Shown: piece by piece, positions 31,203-41,169 of the stretch | How positions within the stretch are numbered: the stretch's first letter is position 1 | How the letters are laid out: the number at the start of each line of letters is the position of its first letter | Assembly (NCBI GenBank): GCA_963726195.1 | Contig: CAVSBO010000005.1 | Location: forward strand, 64,001-128,000 | Direction: 5' to 3' | From: Candidatus Thorarchaeota archaeon | GTDB lineage: Archaea > Asgardarchaeota > Thorarchaeia > Thorarchaeales > Thorarchaeaceae | Length of the DNA stretch: 64,000 nucleotides | Notes under the pieces: generated by a model | Databases searched by the model: none | What the model saw: only the letters and a program-made list of their open reading frames with translations | What the model was told of the DNA's origin: nothing | Translations under genes and position numbers: made by a program

Positions 31203-31670
31203 ATGGCGACCGTTAGGGAAGACAGCGACTTCTATTGTTTGCTTTGGCTCGGAATTGCCTTGTTGAGTGGGTACTACTTCAACATTGGATACTTGGGGCT
31301 CACAGTACCCCTGTATCTCAGCACGATGCAGCCATACCTGCTCCAGCTGGTAGGTTGCCCGCTGATCCTAGTCATGGTCTCTGTTTCTTACCTGAGGCCA
31401 TCCCGGGGTAGGTACAAACCCCTAGTATTCGCTCTGGCGATTGTCGTGTGCGTGTACTTCTACATCGTTGTCAATTCATTGCCCCCGGTCGCAGGAATCA
31501 CTTCCGACGCACTGTTTCTGTTATCATGGGGAATTGGCAGCGCTCTTCTGGTGGCATCAGGTTTTTCGATAATGCCCGGTCGCGCAGAAACAACTAGCCC
31601 CGGTATTCTGGATGTTGGGTCTCTCAAGTACGGCATTCAGACAGAAGAGGAACACAACGAAACAGCCTAG
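31203..31670 (+). CDS. 4-TM hypothetical membrane protein
   Basis: Follows nuoB by 10 nt with GAGGT upstream; hydrophobic. Confidence 0.7.
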   Translation: MATVREDSDFYCLLWLGIALLSGYYFNIGYLGLTVPLYLSTMQPYLLQLVGCPLILVMVSVSYLRPSRGRYKPLVFALAIVVCVYFYIVVNSLPPVAGITSDALFLLSWGIGSALLVASGFSIMPGRAETTSPGILDVGSLKYGIQTEEEHNETA

Positions 31671-31714
31671 TCGCGACCGACAGTTTCAGTGCTTCGTTTC
31701 GGAATAGCCAGGTC

Positions 31715-32089
31715 TCATTTGGCTTTTGAAAGCTCACCGAGCCAGCTCAATGACGCGAGCGTGAGAAGAATGCCGAATGCAGCCCATAGAAATAGGATCA
31801 GGCCGCTGTATGGTTGCGGGAATAATACGAGGTCCAAGTACCCTTCGATTCCACCAAACATAGCGGACAAGAGAGTCAACCCTATCCGTACTGCCCTCTT
31901 CCTTGAAAATGATATTGCTAGTGTTGATGCCGCGAAGAGAGCGTAGTCTGCGAGCAGAAGACTATGGAGAAGGTCCAAGATTTCTGATTCTGCAACCCAC
32001 CAGACATACAACGCTATCAGAGCAAGGCCCACTGCGAAACCAACATAGTACGCCAAGATACTCCTCGATTTGGGCACCAATTCTATCAC
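31715..32089 (-). CDS. 4-TM hypothetical membrane protein
   Basis: Four hydrophobic segments. Confidence 0.65.
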   Translation of the reverse strand: MIELVPKSRSILAYYVGFAVGLALIALYVWWVAESEILDLLHSLLLADYALFAASTLAISFSRKRAVRIGLTLLSAMFGGIEGYLDLVLFPQPYSGLILFLWAAFGILLTLASLSWLGELSKAK

Positions 32090-32183
32090 CGAAGGAACGG
32101 TTAGGGGTCTGCTTTGCCCTCAATTGCGGTCGCACATATAACTGCTTTGAAGCGAAGGATAACCCTTAACTCAGAAGTACTTC

Positions 32184-32534
32184 ATGGCGGCCTCGTGGTT
32201 GAACATGGGCACGTATGTTGAGGACATATACTTCCCGCTCGGAAACTCGGAAGCAATACGCCGTGTCAATAAGTGGCACGAAGGTGAGGGAAAAGACTTC
32301 AAAGTACTCAACAAGGGCGAGAACCATATTGAGATCAGACACAAAACACTGCATATCACAATCACTCTCATACCTGATCACGTACGAATCGAAGCGTGGG
32401 TGGGTGGGATAACGAAATACTCCATCGCACCGGATGTGATAGTCGGCGCCCTTGCTCGGCGCCAAGGCTGGAAAGAATATCAGACTCTGAAACAGGTGCT
32501 GGCCTCAGGTATAGAACCAGGATCTCTTGGTTGA
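32184..32534 (+). CDS. Hypothetical protein
   Basis: 116-aa ORF with globular composition in an intergenic gap. Confidence 0.5.
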   Translation: MAASWLNMGTYVEDIYFPLGNSEAIRRVNKWHEGEGKDFKVLNKGENHIEIRHKTLHITITLIPDHVRIEAWVGGITKYSIAPDVIVGALARRQGWKEYQTLKQVLASGIEPGSLG

Positions 32535-32617
32535 TAGGCCGAGTCGCAGATTCACTAACAAGCATTTGCAGAAGCTCAACCAGAAATCATTTGAGACGAC
32601 AGCATCTGTCGAAGCAC

Positions 32618-32625
32618 TTTTATAA
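32618..32625 (+). promoter_or_regulatory. Probable archaeal TATA box of the nuoA-N operon
   Basis: TTTTATAA about 100 nt upstream of nuoA. Confidence 0.45.
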
Positions 32626-32723
32626 CCCATCAGGCAGGCTGGCCCTTTGACATGGCAGAGTGTCCAAGTGCCACGCAACTATGTCTGCCCTCTTAGAACT
32701 GTGACTAGGAACGGTCCCGCTGA

Positions 32724-33167
32724 ATGAGGCTCTTCATTGACTTCAACTACGTCTTCGTTTGGGCCCTTCTTGCGATAGCCCTAGTCGCCATCATGCTCGC
32801 GGCATCGTGGATACTTCGCCCCCACGTTCTACAGAACTCAGACAAGACTTCCACATACGAATGCGGCGAAGAGCCGATAGGTCCCGCAAGAATCTCCTAT
32901 CCCTATAGTTACTTTCTGTACACGATTCTCTTTGTTATTGTAGATGTCATGGGCGCGTTCCTGTGGCTGCTCTCTGTGTCTCAGTTCAGAACTTCAGTAG
33001 CTGCTGCTTGGCAGATGCTCTTCTTTGTGCTGCTGATTTCAGCTGGAATTGGTTTTGCACTGCGGATGTTCCCGCAAACGATTCTCAGCGGGAAAGAAAC
33101 CCTCAAGCTCTACAGAGAGGGAAAGGCAAGACGTGAGTCTCAGAAGACGGAGGCGGCCCAGGAATGA
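32724..33167 (+). CDS. nuoA: Complex I-like subunit A
   Basis: KTSTYECGEEP, LFVIVDV; 3 TM. Confidence 0.93.
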   Translation: MRLFIDFNYVFVWALLAIALVAIMLAASWILRPHVLQNSDKTSTYECGEEPIGPARISYPYSYFLYTILFVIVDVMGAFLWLLSVSQFRTSVAAAWQMLFFVLLISAGIGFALRMFPQTILSGKETLKLYREGKARRESQKTEAAQE

Positions 33168-33820
33168 TGATGCAGGGTGTTGAGGTCTTGCTTGAGCAGG
33201 CAGAGTTCGTCGCGATAGCTTTCATCGTTCTTCTTCTTGCCTATCTCGCGCTTGAACACAAGGAAATCACCTATGCTGTATTCTTCTTTGGATTCATGGC
33301 AGCAGCGGTCTCAGGTTTCTTTCTCCTGCTGGATGCTCCTTTCTTGGTAGGATTACAGATAGCGGTTTACACGGGAGGCATAAGTGCACTGATCATATTC
33401 GGTGTTCTTCTCCTTCCTCGGGCTCAGGACTCCTCACTTGAAATCTTTCAAACTCCGAGAAGGAGACGGTTGGGACTCCTTCTTTCAGGCACGGTCATGT
33501 TGCTCTCGGCGGTTCTTGCATTCCTCTATCCATGGTACGAGCTACCACCGGTCAGCCCTCCGGAACTTCCTCAGAGCCTCCAGGGTTTGGCCGCTTGGCT
33601 CTGGAGCAGTCATGGGATTTACGTTGAGATGATTGCCTTGATCATGCTGACGGCCCTTGTCGGGTCAGTTGCTATTCTGAAGATGATGAAGGCAGAAGAA
33701 CTGCATCCCTTGATTGCCGAATCTCATGCAGAGCCCGCGGGGAAGAAAGATGCCGCCGGTTCTTCTTCTGTGTCTCAAACTGAGACCGGAGAAGAAGAGA
33801 AGGAGGTTGGCCCCAAGTGA
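33164..33820 (+). CDS. nuoJ: Complex I-like subunit J
   Basis: LDAPFLVGLQIAVYTGGI; 5 TM. Confidence 0.9.
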   Translation: MMMQGVEVLLEQAEFVAIAFIVLLLAYLALEHKEITYAVFFFGFMAAAVSGFFLLLDAPFLVGLQIAVYTGGISALIIFGVLLLPRAQDSSLEIFQTPRRRRLGLLLSGTVMLLSAVLAFLYPWYELPPVSPPELPQSLQGLAAWLWSSHGIYVEMIALIMLTALVGSVAILKMMKAEELHPLIAESHAEPAGKKDAAGSSSVSQTETGEEEKEVGPK

Positions 33821-34137
33821 TTCCCCTGAGCTGGTTCCTAGTCGTGGCATTCATGCTCATCGGCCTTGGGGCCTATGGGATGGTTACCAAGAGAAACTTG
33901 ATTCGAATAATCATAGGCGCTGAGATAATGGCCAATGGAGTGAACATCGCTCTGGTCGCGTTCTCAGTTTATACCAACGTATTCACATTCACTGGCCAAG
34001 CTCTTGTCATCATCGTAATATCAGTGACAGCGGCTCATACTGCGCTAGCCATGGCGCTCATGCTGATGTACAACGCTCGATACTCAACGGTGGACCTCGG
34101 AGAGCCTGTTGTTTCGGAGGCACGTAAGCATGAGTGA
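33817..34137 (+). CDS. nuoK: Complex I-like subunit K
   Basis: KRNLIRIIIGAEIMANG, GQAL, TAAH. Confidence 0.92.
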   Translation: MIPLSWFLVVAFMLIGLGAYGMVTKRNLIRIIIGAEIMANGVNIALVAFSVYTNVFTFTGQALVIIVISVTAAHTALAMALMLMYNARYSTVDLGEPVVSEARKHE

Positions 34138-34648
34138 GTCAGCTGTCTCTCCAGCAGCAGTTGCTCAGGCGGTGAGAAGCAGATGTCCCGATGTCACACA
34201 GGAGAGCATGCAGGGCAACCGTCTAGAGCTGGCAGTTCCACCTTCGAGAATCCGAGATGTCGTGAGCCTGCTTAACGAATTGATTTCTGACGCACTTCCC
34301 GAGTCCGTCTTTGGTATCGATCTTCAGAATGACCGATACGAACTGATCTACGTCTTCTGGTCCCACATCAATCGAATCCTGTGCCAGCTTCGTGTGAGTC
34401 TGGAAGGCGCCGCACCCGAAGTCGACTCTGTTTGTGACATATTCCCGGGGTTGGAGTGGCACGAACGCGAGACACATGAGATGTTCGGCATAGGTTTCAA
34501 GGGCCATCCTGACCTGAGATTGCTTTTGCTGCCGGAGGAACTGAGCGGCAAGTACCCGCTTCGAAAGAGCTTCAAGACTGACAGAAGCCGATTGAGCGAA
34601 ACTGGATTGCCCGAAGCCAGACCCGGTTCGAAGGAGGCTGAAGCATAG
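34130..34648 (+). CDS. nuoC: Complex I-like subunit C
   Basis: WHERETHEMFGIGFKGHPDLR...YPLRK. Confidence 0.93.
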   Translation: MSESAVSPAAVAQAVRSRCPDVTQESMQGNRLELAVPPSRIRDVVSLLNELISDALPESVFGIDLQNDRYELIYVFWSHINRILCQLRVSLEGAAPEVDSVCDIFPGLEWHERETHEMFGIGFKGHPDLRLLLLPEELSGKYPLRKSFKTDRSRLSETGLPEARPGSKEAEA

Positions 34649-35785
34649 TGAGCCCTGAAATCGTTGATGAAGCAGCGCAGATCTGGTTTGGACCCCAGCA
34701 CGTTTCTGCTCACGGATGGGCCACGAAGCTCACTATCGTGGGCGACTACATAGTCGAATGCGATCCGAATGCGGGTTACTTCCATCGTTCTGCGGAGAAA
34801 TGCCTCGAGTTCAGGAACTTCCAGCAGGGCGCAATGATCATGGAACGGCTCTGTATGCTTGAGGCTTTTCTTGCAGAGTATCCTTACGTCAAGGCAGTTG
34901 AACAAATCGCCCAGCTCGAAGTGCCAGAGCGAGCTAAGGTGATGAGAACAATAATGATGGAGGCGAGCAGGATTCACAGCCTCCAATTCTGGTGGGGTCA
35001 ATTCGGCGCCGAGCTCGGTCTCTTTGCAATGACGCTCTGGCCTTGGGTCGATCGTGAGTATTTTCTCAATGCATTTGAAGAACTGACTGGTTCTCGACAT
35101 GCAGTCTCTTACAACACACCTGGCGGCGTCAAGTACGATTTCACCGAGAAGTCCGTCAAGACGCTGGAACAGGCTCTCGACAGACTTGAGGATCGGCTGC
35201 CGAAGTTCCATGACATGATTCTGAGGAGCCCCACTTTCAAGTTACGAACCAAGAAGGTTGGACTATTTGACGCAGCACAGGGTCTCAAGTGGGGGCTGAG
35301 CGGGCCGAATATCAAGGCCTGTGGCATCCCGATGGATTTGCGAAAAGACGACCCCGACCCCAATCTCGCATACGGGATGTGCGACTGGGAAGTACCAGTG
35401 ACGACCAATGAGGATCATCCTGGTCAATGCGACGCGTACGATAGGATGCATCAGCGGTTCAAGGAAATCGAGAACCTCCATTGGCATTATCAGACAACTC
35501 CTGCCGCAGGTGCCTGAAGGTCCTATCGTGGACCCCAAAGCCCGCGCGAAGGCAAACAGGCTGCCCGAGGGAGAGGCATACGGTCGTGTCGAGGGCACAA
35601 GGGGAGTGACAACACTCTTTCTCAAGACTACTGACAAGGCTCAGACTCCTTACAGGGCAAAGATACGCGGCCCATGTTTCGCCTCTTACTACTCGTTGAA
35701 GCATTTGGTTCCTGGATCGACGTTCGCTGACTTCGTCGTGATATTCGGCAGCCTCGACCCATACCCAGGGTGGTGGGATCGCTGA
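34648..35785 (+). CDS. nuoD: Complex I-like subunit D (frameshift near 35475)
   Basis: GPQHVSAHG, GYFHRSAEK, EASRIHS, GLSGP..ACG...DLRKD / VEGTRG, PYRAKIRGP, SLDPYPGWWDR. Confidence 0.9.
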
Positions 35786-36927
35786 TGGGGGTCGGCACGA
35801 TTCTTCAGATAGACATCGTGGGCTGGCTAGGCGGACTGCCCTCTTGGATCTACGGTGTAATCAGCTGGCTGTTCAACCTTGTCTGGGCCCTCTTCAACTG
35901 GATATGGAACATTGTTGTATGGTTCTGGGCACTGGCTATTGACCAGATATGGTGGCTGTTCAAGGCCATAGTGTTTCCGGGGTTAGTCTTCATACTGTTC
36001 TCCATCATCTTCTCCGTGTGGTTCACGAGAAAGGTATGGGGCCGCGTGCAAGCAAGACGGGGTCCGTTTCACCTCGGTAAGTATGGGGGCCTCCAGGTAT
36101 TCGCAGATGCGATAAAGCTGATTGGAAAAGAAATCGTGATACCGGACAAGGCTAAGCGATGGATGTACCGCATACTTCCATCTCTGCTACTTGTCGCAGT
36201 TCTCATTCCATTTGCGTTCATACCGTGGAGCAACGAGTGGTATATCGCGGACCTTTCAGTGAGTCTAATACTGACCTTTGCATTTCTTACAGTTGTTCCA
36301 GTTGTATCACTGCTCTCGGGCTGGATTAGCGGATCGAAGTATACACTCATTGGTGGCTTCAGGGCGGCTAACAATCAATTCGCAGCCGAGATACCCTTGA
36401 TCATATCGTCTGTCGGACCTGCAATGCTTGCCGGTTCGCTGAGCATCATGGGGATTTCGCAAGCACAGTCAGGTCTTTGGTTCTTCATTCTGCTTCCCGT
36501 GAATTGCGTGACGTTCTTGGTGAGTGCTACTGTGATAACTGCGCTCGTGCCATTCGATGCGCCAGTTGCAGACTCAGAGATTCTTTTCGGTTGGCGCACT
36601 GAGTTCAGCGGCATTTACTTCACTATGACCTATTTCGCAGAGTTCGCAAAGCAGTTGCTGTTCTCCGGTCTGATAGTAGCTCTGTTTTTCGGAGGCTCCT
36701 ACGGCTTCGCATTCATACCTCCTGTCCTGAACTTCATCTTCAAGTTCTTGGTCGTGCTGTTCCTCATGATCTTGGTAACATCATCATTCTACAGGATGCG
36801 ACAGGACCAAGTGACGCATTTCTGCTGGAAGTATCTTCTCCCGCTGTCTTTGCTCAATGTTGTCATTGCGATGTTTGCTATTGTCTATGTCCCGGGCTTA
36901 GCACAGCTGCTGGGAATAGGAGGTTGA
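35785..36927 (+). CDS. nuoH: Complex I-like subunit H
   Basis: QARRGP, GGLQVFADAIKLIGKE, SKYTLIGGFRA, PFDAP..DSE...G...EFSG. Confidence 0.93.
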   Translation: MGVGTILQIDIVGWLGGLPSWIYGVISWLFNLVWALFNWIWNIVVWFWALAIDQIWWLFKAIVFPGLVFILFSIIFSVWFTRKVWGRVQARRGPFHLGKYGGLQVFADAIKLIGKEIVIPDKAKRWMYRILPSLLLVAVLIPFAFIPWSNEWYIADLSVSLILTFAFLTVVPVVSLLSGWISGSKYTLIGGFRAANNQFAAEIPLIISSVGPAMLAGSLSIMGISQAQSGLWFFILLPVNCVTFLVSATVITALVPFDAPVADSEILFGWRTEFSGIYFTMTYFAEFAKQLLFSGLIVALFFGGSYGFAFIPPVLNFIFKFLVVLFLMILVTSSFYRMRQDQVTHFCWKYLLPLSLLNVVIAMFAIVYVPGLAQLLGIGG

Positions 36928-36934
36928 TGGAAGA

Positions 36935-37366
36935 ATGGGATTCTTTGGCACACTGGGCGAGATATTCAGGGTTCTTCGCCATACATTTCGTCAGACAATG
37001 TCCCGACCTTTCACCTATTTCTATCCCTTTGAAGACCGATACTATCCAGACAGAACGAGGGGCAGACACATTCACATAAGAAAGAACTGCACTGCATGTG
37101 CACAGTGTGTGAAAGCTTGTCCTACTATTGCGATAAGGATTGACAAACAGGATCACATGTATGAGAAGGATGCCGCTCTGTACTTCGACTATACGCGCTG
37201 CATTTTCTGCGGCCTTTGTGTTCAGGCCTGTAAGTTCAACGCACTATTCCATACCAAAATCGTCGATCTCAGTGAAGAAACCAGAGAGGACCTGCAATAC
37301 GGCCCTGACAGGATGGGCACACTCGAAAGGAAACCCCTCGAGTGGCGTGGGAGGAAATTCAGGTAA
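36935..37366 (+). CDS. nuoI: Complex I-like subunit I (2x 4Fe-4S)
   Basis: RGRH, CTACAQCVKACP, RCIFCGLCVQAC. Confidence 0.93.
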   Translation: MGFFGTLGEIFRVLRHTFRQTMSRPFTYFYPFEDRYYPDRTRGRHIHIRKNCTACAQCVKACPTIAIRIDKQDHMYEKDAALYFDYTRCIFCGLCVQACKFNALFHTKIVDLSEETREDLQYGPDRMGTLERKPLEWRGRKFR

Positions 37367-38880
37367 TGCAGACGCTACAACTCCCGTTCATGGCGATTTC
37401 GCTGGCCGTGTTGTTCTTTGGTGCACTGGGCATATACTTACTGAAGGGCAGGCTGAATGCCGGGGCCGGCAAAGCAGCAGCGGGTATTTCGTTTGCTTCG
37501 CTCTTGCTCATGATTCCACCATTCTACAGGGTTGTCGCAGAAGGTGGGCCCGCCATGGAGTCCACCGTATGGTCTCAAGTCTTCGGCAGGGTAGGTCTCT
37601 ACCTTGATGGCATCGCATTCCCAATAACATTCGCAGTCGTGGTTCTTGGATTTCTTTCAGTAGTCTATGCAATCGGGTACACCCAAGAGATATCCAACAG
37701 GGCATCGTTCTTTGCAAACCAGCTGTTCTTCATCATGGGAATGCAATGGGTAACCCTGGCTACGAATCTGATTGAGTTCTTCATAGCATGGGAAATCATG
37801 CTTGTTCCCACCTACTTCCTGATTCTATTCTGGGGATTACCCGAGACCAGAAAGCGCACTGCGTTGAAGTTCTGGTTGTACACACAGTCGGGCGCACTAT
37901 GCATCTTCGTCGGATTCGGTCTGCTGTACTACTTTGTTGGCTCGTTTGAGCTCTCGGTCATCCAATCGCTTCTTCCCACATTCGTGGGTTCAGTCGACGC
38001 GCTGAAACTCATCTTTGTCTTGCTGGCGGCAGGTTTCCTCGTGAAGATGGCGGTGTTTCCTATTCATTGGTGGTTGCCTCCTGTTCACGCCGAAGCCCCA
38101 ACTCCAATCTCTGTGCTCTTGTCGGGCGCAATGATTGAGACCGGTGCTTATGCACTAGTCAGGTTCGGAACGATCACACTGGGGATTGCCGCTTCATCTC
38201 TTTCTGTGTGGATTGCTGCGATTGGAGTAGTAACTATGTTCTATGGGGGACTCATGGCGCTCGCCCAATCAGACATCAAGAGGTTGCTTGCATACTCCTC
38301 TGTGTCCCAGATGGGCTATGTCCTCTTTGCGCTCGGCACTTTCACGACTTACGGAGTGTCAGGAGGTTTGTTTCATCTCATTAATCACGCATTCTCCAAG
38401 GGTCTCCTATTCATGACAGCAGGAGCCGTCATTCACGAGACCAAAATCAGAGACATTGCTCAGCTGGGCGGATTGTCAAACAAGATGCCTGTGACTGCCT
38501 TTGCTGCTGCTGTTGGGGCGCTTAGTATCGCAGGGAGCCCTCCACTGTCCGGCTTTGCCAGCGAATGGATGATGTTTCTAGGTGGCTTTCAGGCTGCGCT
38601 GCCCGGTGCAGGCGGGCTGGCCCGGCCTGAGTTCTTTGTTCTGGCATTGCTCGGAGTATCAAGCACGATAATCAGTGCAGGATACATGCTGAGGTTCCTC
38701 TGGAAGGTTTTCTTGGGCCCGACACCAGAAAGTCTCGAGCACGTGAAGGAAGGACCTAGATCAATGACCACTCCGATGGTCGTGTTGTCCATTCTGATAG
38801 TCCTGTTTGGAATATTCCCGGGGCTCGCTCTGTCAGTGATATCCCCGGCAGTAAGTGCCATAGCCAACATAATCCCCTGA
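37366..38880 (+). CDS. Additional antiporter-like subunit (NuoM/MrpD type)
   Basis: FFIAWEIMLVP, HWWLPPVHAEAPTPISVLLSG, DIKRLLAYSSVSQMGY, NHAFSKG. Confidence 0.88.
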   Translation: MQTLQLPFMAISLAVLFFGALGIYLLKGRLNAGAGKAAAGISFASLLLMIPPFYRVVAEGGPAMESTVWSQVFGRVGLYLDGIAFPITFAVVVLGFLSVVYAIGYTQEISNRASFFANQLFFIMGMQWVTLATNLIEFFIAWEIMLVPTYFLILFWGLPETRKRTALKFWLYTQSGALCIFVGFGLLYYFVGSFELSVIQSLLPTFVGSVDALKLIFVLLAAGFLVKMAVFPIHWWLPPVHAEAPTPISVLLSGAMIETGAYALVRFGTITLGIAASSLSVWIAAIGVVTMFYGGLMALAQSDIKRLLAYSSVSQMGYVLFALGTFTTYGVSGGLFHLINHAFSKGLLFMTAGAVIHETKIRDIAQLGGLSNKMPVTAFAAAVGALSIAGSPPLSGFASEWMMFLGGFQAALPGAGGLARPEFFVLALLGVSSTIISAGYMLRFLWKVFLGPTPESLEHVKEGPRSMTTPMVVLSILIVLFGIFPGLALSVISPAVSAIANIIP

Positions 38881-38881
38881 G

Positions 38882-41107
38882 GTGAGCCAGATGCTGTTCG
38901 GACTACCCTACTATTTGATTCTCGTTATTCCGCTGGCAGGCTCGCTGGTCGTGCCTCTCGCTGGACGCTTCAATGAGAGGCTGAGAGACTGGACGCCGGC
39001 TATTCTCATGGGCGTTACAATGGTCTTGTGCTGGTCTCTTTTCCCGGACATAGGTAACCCGCAGGGCCCAACTAGTTGGCCTTGGATTGAAGCTCTGGGT
39101 CTTCGTTTCGAAGTTCTGCTTGATCCACTATCGGTCATCATGGCAGTTCTTTCAAGCACTTTGTGTTTCCTAATCTACGTCTACAGCACAGAGTATATGG
39201 CTCACGAAGGAGACCGTGACAGGTTCTTCTTCCTAATGCTTGCTTTCGGTGGGGGCATGCTGACCCTTGTTCTCAGCAACAATCTACTGATTGCATTCAT
39301 CGGGTGGGAGATAATGGGCTTCTGTTCCTACGGACTGATTGGGTTCTGGAACGACAGGAAGAACCCACCGGAGATTGACCCGACCGGCATTGAACCCAAG
39401 AATCGATTGCTCCACTTCAAGACAGAGGGAGAGTACAACACTCACTGTGGAACAAAGGCATTCATCGTAACGAGAGTCGGAGACGCATTCATGCTTGGGG
39501 GAATTCTGGTTCTATTCATGTTCACTGGCACCTTCTCATTTACAGACATGGCCGCAGATGCTCAGAGTTGGTGGCAGGTTTTGTCTTCGGTTGGGATGCT
39601 AGTCCCGGTATTCCTCCTCATATTCGCAGGCGCTATAGGAAAGTCCGGACAAGCTCCGCTCGATGTTTGGCTGCCGGAAGCGATGGCAGGACCAACTTCG
39701 GTCTCAGCACTGATTCACGCAGCAACCATGGTCAACGCGGGAGTGTACATAACAGCAAGGTTCCTTATCACCATGCTAAGTGCTGCGAACCATTACACGT
39801 ATTTTCCAATGGGGCCTCCTCCGTTCGCGTCGGCCACATCTTTCTTCACAATCGTGGCCATAATCGGAGCTGTTACTGCATTCATGACGGCGACCATGGG
39901 GATGGTCTCCAACGAGCTGAAGCAGATACTGGCATTCTCCACGCTGAGCCAGCTCGGATACATGATGTTGGCGATAGGCACAAGCGGACTGATACTCAAC
40001 TATCAAGAGGCATACATGAGCGGAGTCTTGCATATCGTAAGCCATGGTGCGTTCAAAGCTCTCCTCTTTTTGGCGGCTGGCGGTGTCATTCATGTTGTTC
40101 ACACGAAGTACCTCAGCAAAATGGGCGGTCTCAAGCAGTACATGCCCAAGACGTTCCTTCTGATGTGGATTGGTGTGCTAGCTCTTTCTGGTATCCCGCC
40201 CTTCTCAGGATTCTGGTCGAAAGACTCGATAATCGAATACACGTACGAACTGGCGCTTCATAGCCAAGTAGGTATGTTCCTCTTTGTTCTGTCTGTTCTT
40301 GCAGCGGCCTGCACAATCTTCTACAGCATAAGGCTCATGGGAATGGCTTTCTATGGGCCTTCACGTGGCGCAGCATCAGATGGGCAATCGGTCACCCAAT
40401 CTGAGCACGAAGCTCCCGAGCACTCAGAGCCCGAGGAACACAGTGGCCATGAAGAGCCGCATGACCCAGGTCCGGCAATGATGGTTCCGCTCTATATTCT
40501 GGCTGCTTTCACGATTGTGGCCTTTGCGATCTTCCCATTCATCCAAGGCGTACTGTTCAGTGAAAGTCCGTTAACACTGGACACATGGGCCATGAGCCTT
40601 GTAGGGATGGCTCTCGCGAAGTTTACAATGCCGGGGCTCGTCCCTCTTGTCTTCACGTTCGGAGCTTTGGCTTTGGGCGGCATCCCGGCCTACGTTCTTT
40701 ATATCAGGAGATCGGACAGGCCAAACACTGCTATACCCGAACACGGTGTGAGAAAGCGGCTCTACGGTTTTCTCAAGCACCGATGGTACATCAACGAATT
40801 CTACTACTGGATTGTCGGCGGCGTTCTTAGATTCACGAGTTCGTGGAAAGCAAAGGTGGATGACCGTATCATTGACGGCATCGACTTTGGTTCAGCTCGT
40901 GTAGCGACCTCAGCTTCTACCCGGGTACGATGGTTCGATGACCATGTGGTTGACGGGTTTGCTGAAGAGATATCAACAGCCAGCGTAGCCGTTTCCGAGT
41001 CGAGTGAAGCCATTGAAACCGGAAGAGTGAACGACTATGTGGCCGTCCTTATCTTCGGCGTTGGTCTCTTGGTTATTCTCGCTCTCATTTCCATGGGGGT
41101 AATCTAG
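38882..41107 (+). CDS. nuoL: Complex I-like subunit L
   Basis: GWEIMGFCSYGLIGFW, KSGQAPLDVWLPEAMAGPTSVSALIHAATMV, HGAFKALLF, GFWSKD. Confidence 0.95.
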   Translation: MSQMLFGLPYYLILVIPLAGSLVVPLAGRFNERLRDWTPAILMGVTMVLCWSLFPDIGNPQGPTSWPWIEALGLRFEVLLDPLSVIMAVLSSTLCFLIYVYSTEYMAHEGDRDRFFFLMLAFGGGMLTLVLSNNLLIAFIGWEIMGFCSYGLIGFWNDRKNPPEIDPTGIEPKNRLLHFKTEGEYNTHCGTKAFIVTRVGDAFMLGGILVLFMFTGTFSFTDMAADAQSWWQVLSSVGMLVPVFLLIFAGAIGKSGQAPLDVWLPEAMAGPTSVSALIHAATMVNAGVYITARFLITMLSAANHYTYFPMGPPPFASATSFFTIVAIIGAVTAFMTATMGMVSNELKQILAFSTLSQLGYMMLAIGTSGLILNYQEAYMSGVLHIVSHGAFKALLFLAAGGVIHVVHTKYLSKMGGLKQYMPKTFLLMWIGVLALSGIPPFSGFWSKDSIIEYTYELALHSQVGMFLFVLSVLAAACTIFYSIRLMGMAFYGPSRGAASDGQSVTQSEHEAPEHSEPEEHSGHEEPHDPGPAMMVPLYILAAFTIVAFAIFPFIQGVLFSESPLTLDTWAMSLVGMALAKFTMPGLVPLVFTFGALALGGIPAYVLYIRRSDRPNTAIPEHGVRKRLYGFLKHRWYINEFYYWIVGGVLRFTSSWKAKVDDRIIDGIDFGSARVATSASTRVRWFDDHVVDGFAEEISTASVAVSESSEAIETGRVNDYVAVLIFGVGLLVILALISMGVI

Positions 41108-41169
41108 AGTGCAGATTCTGCTAGACTCAGCAGCTTATCGACCTAATCCCCCTAGGAATACTTCCGTTC

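Noticed and set aside
34648-35785. Group 4 [NiFe]-hydrogenase large subunit
   Set aside because: Only one of the four Ni-binding cysteines is present, and there are no maturation genes nearby.
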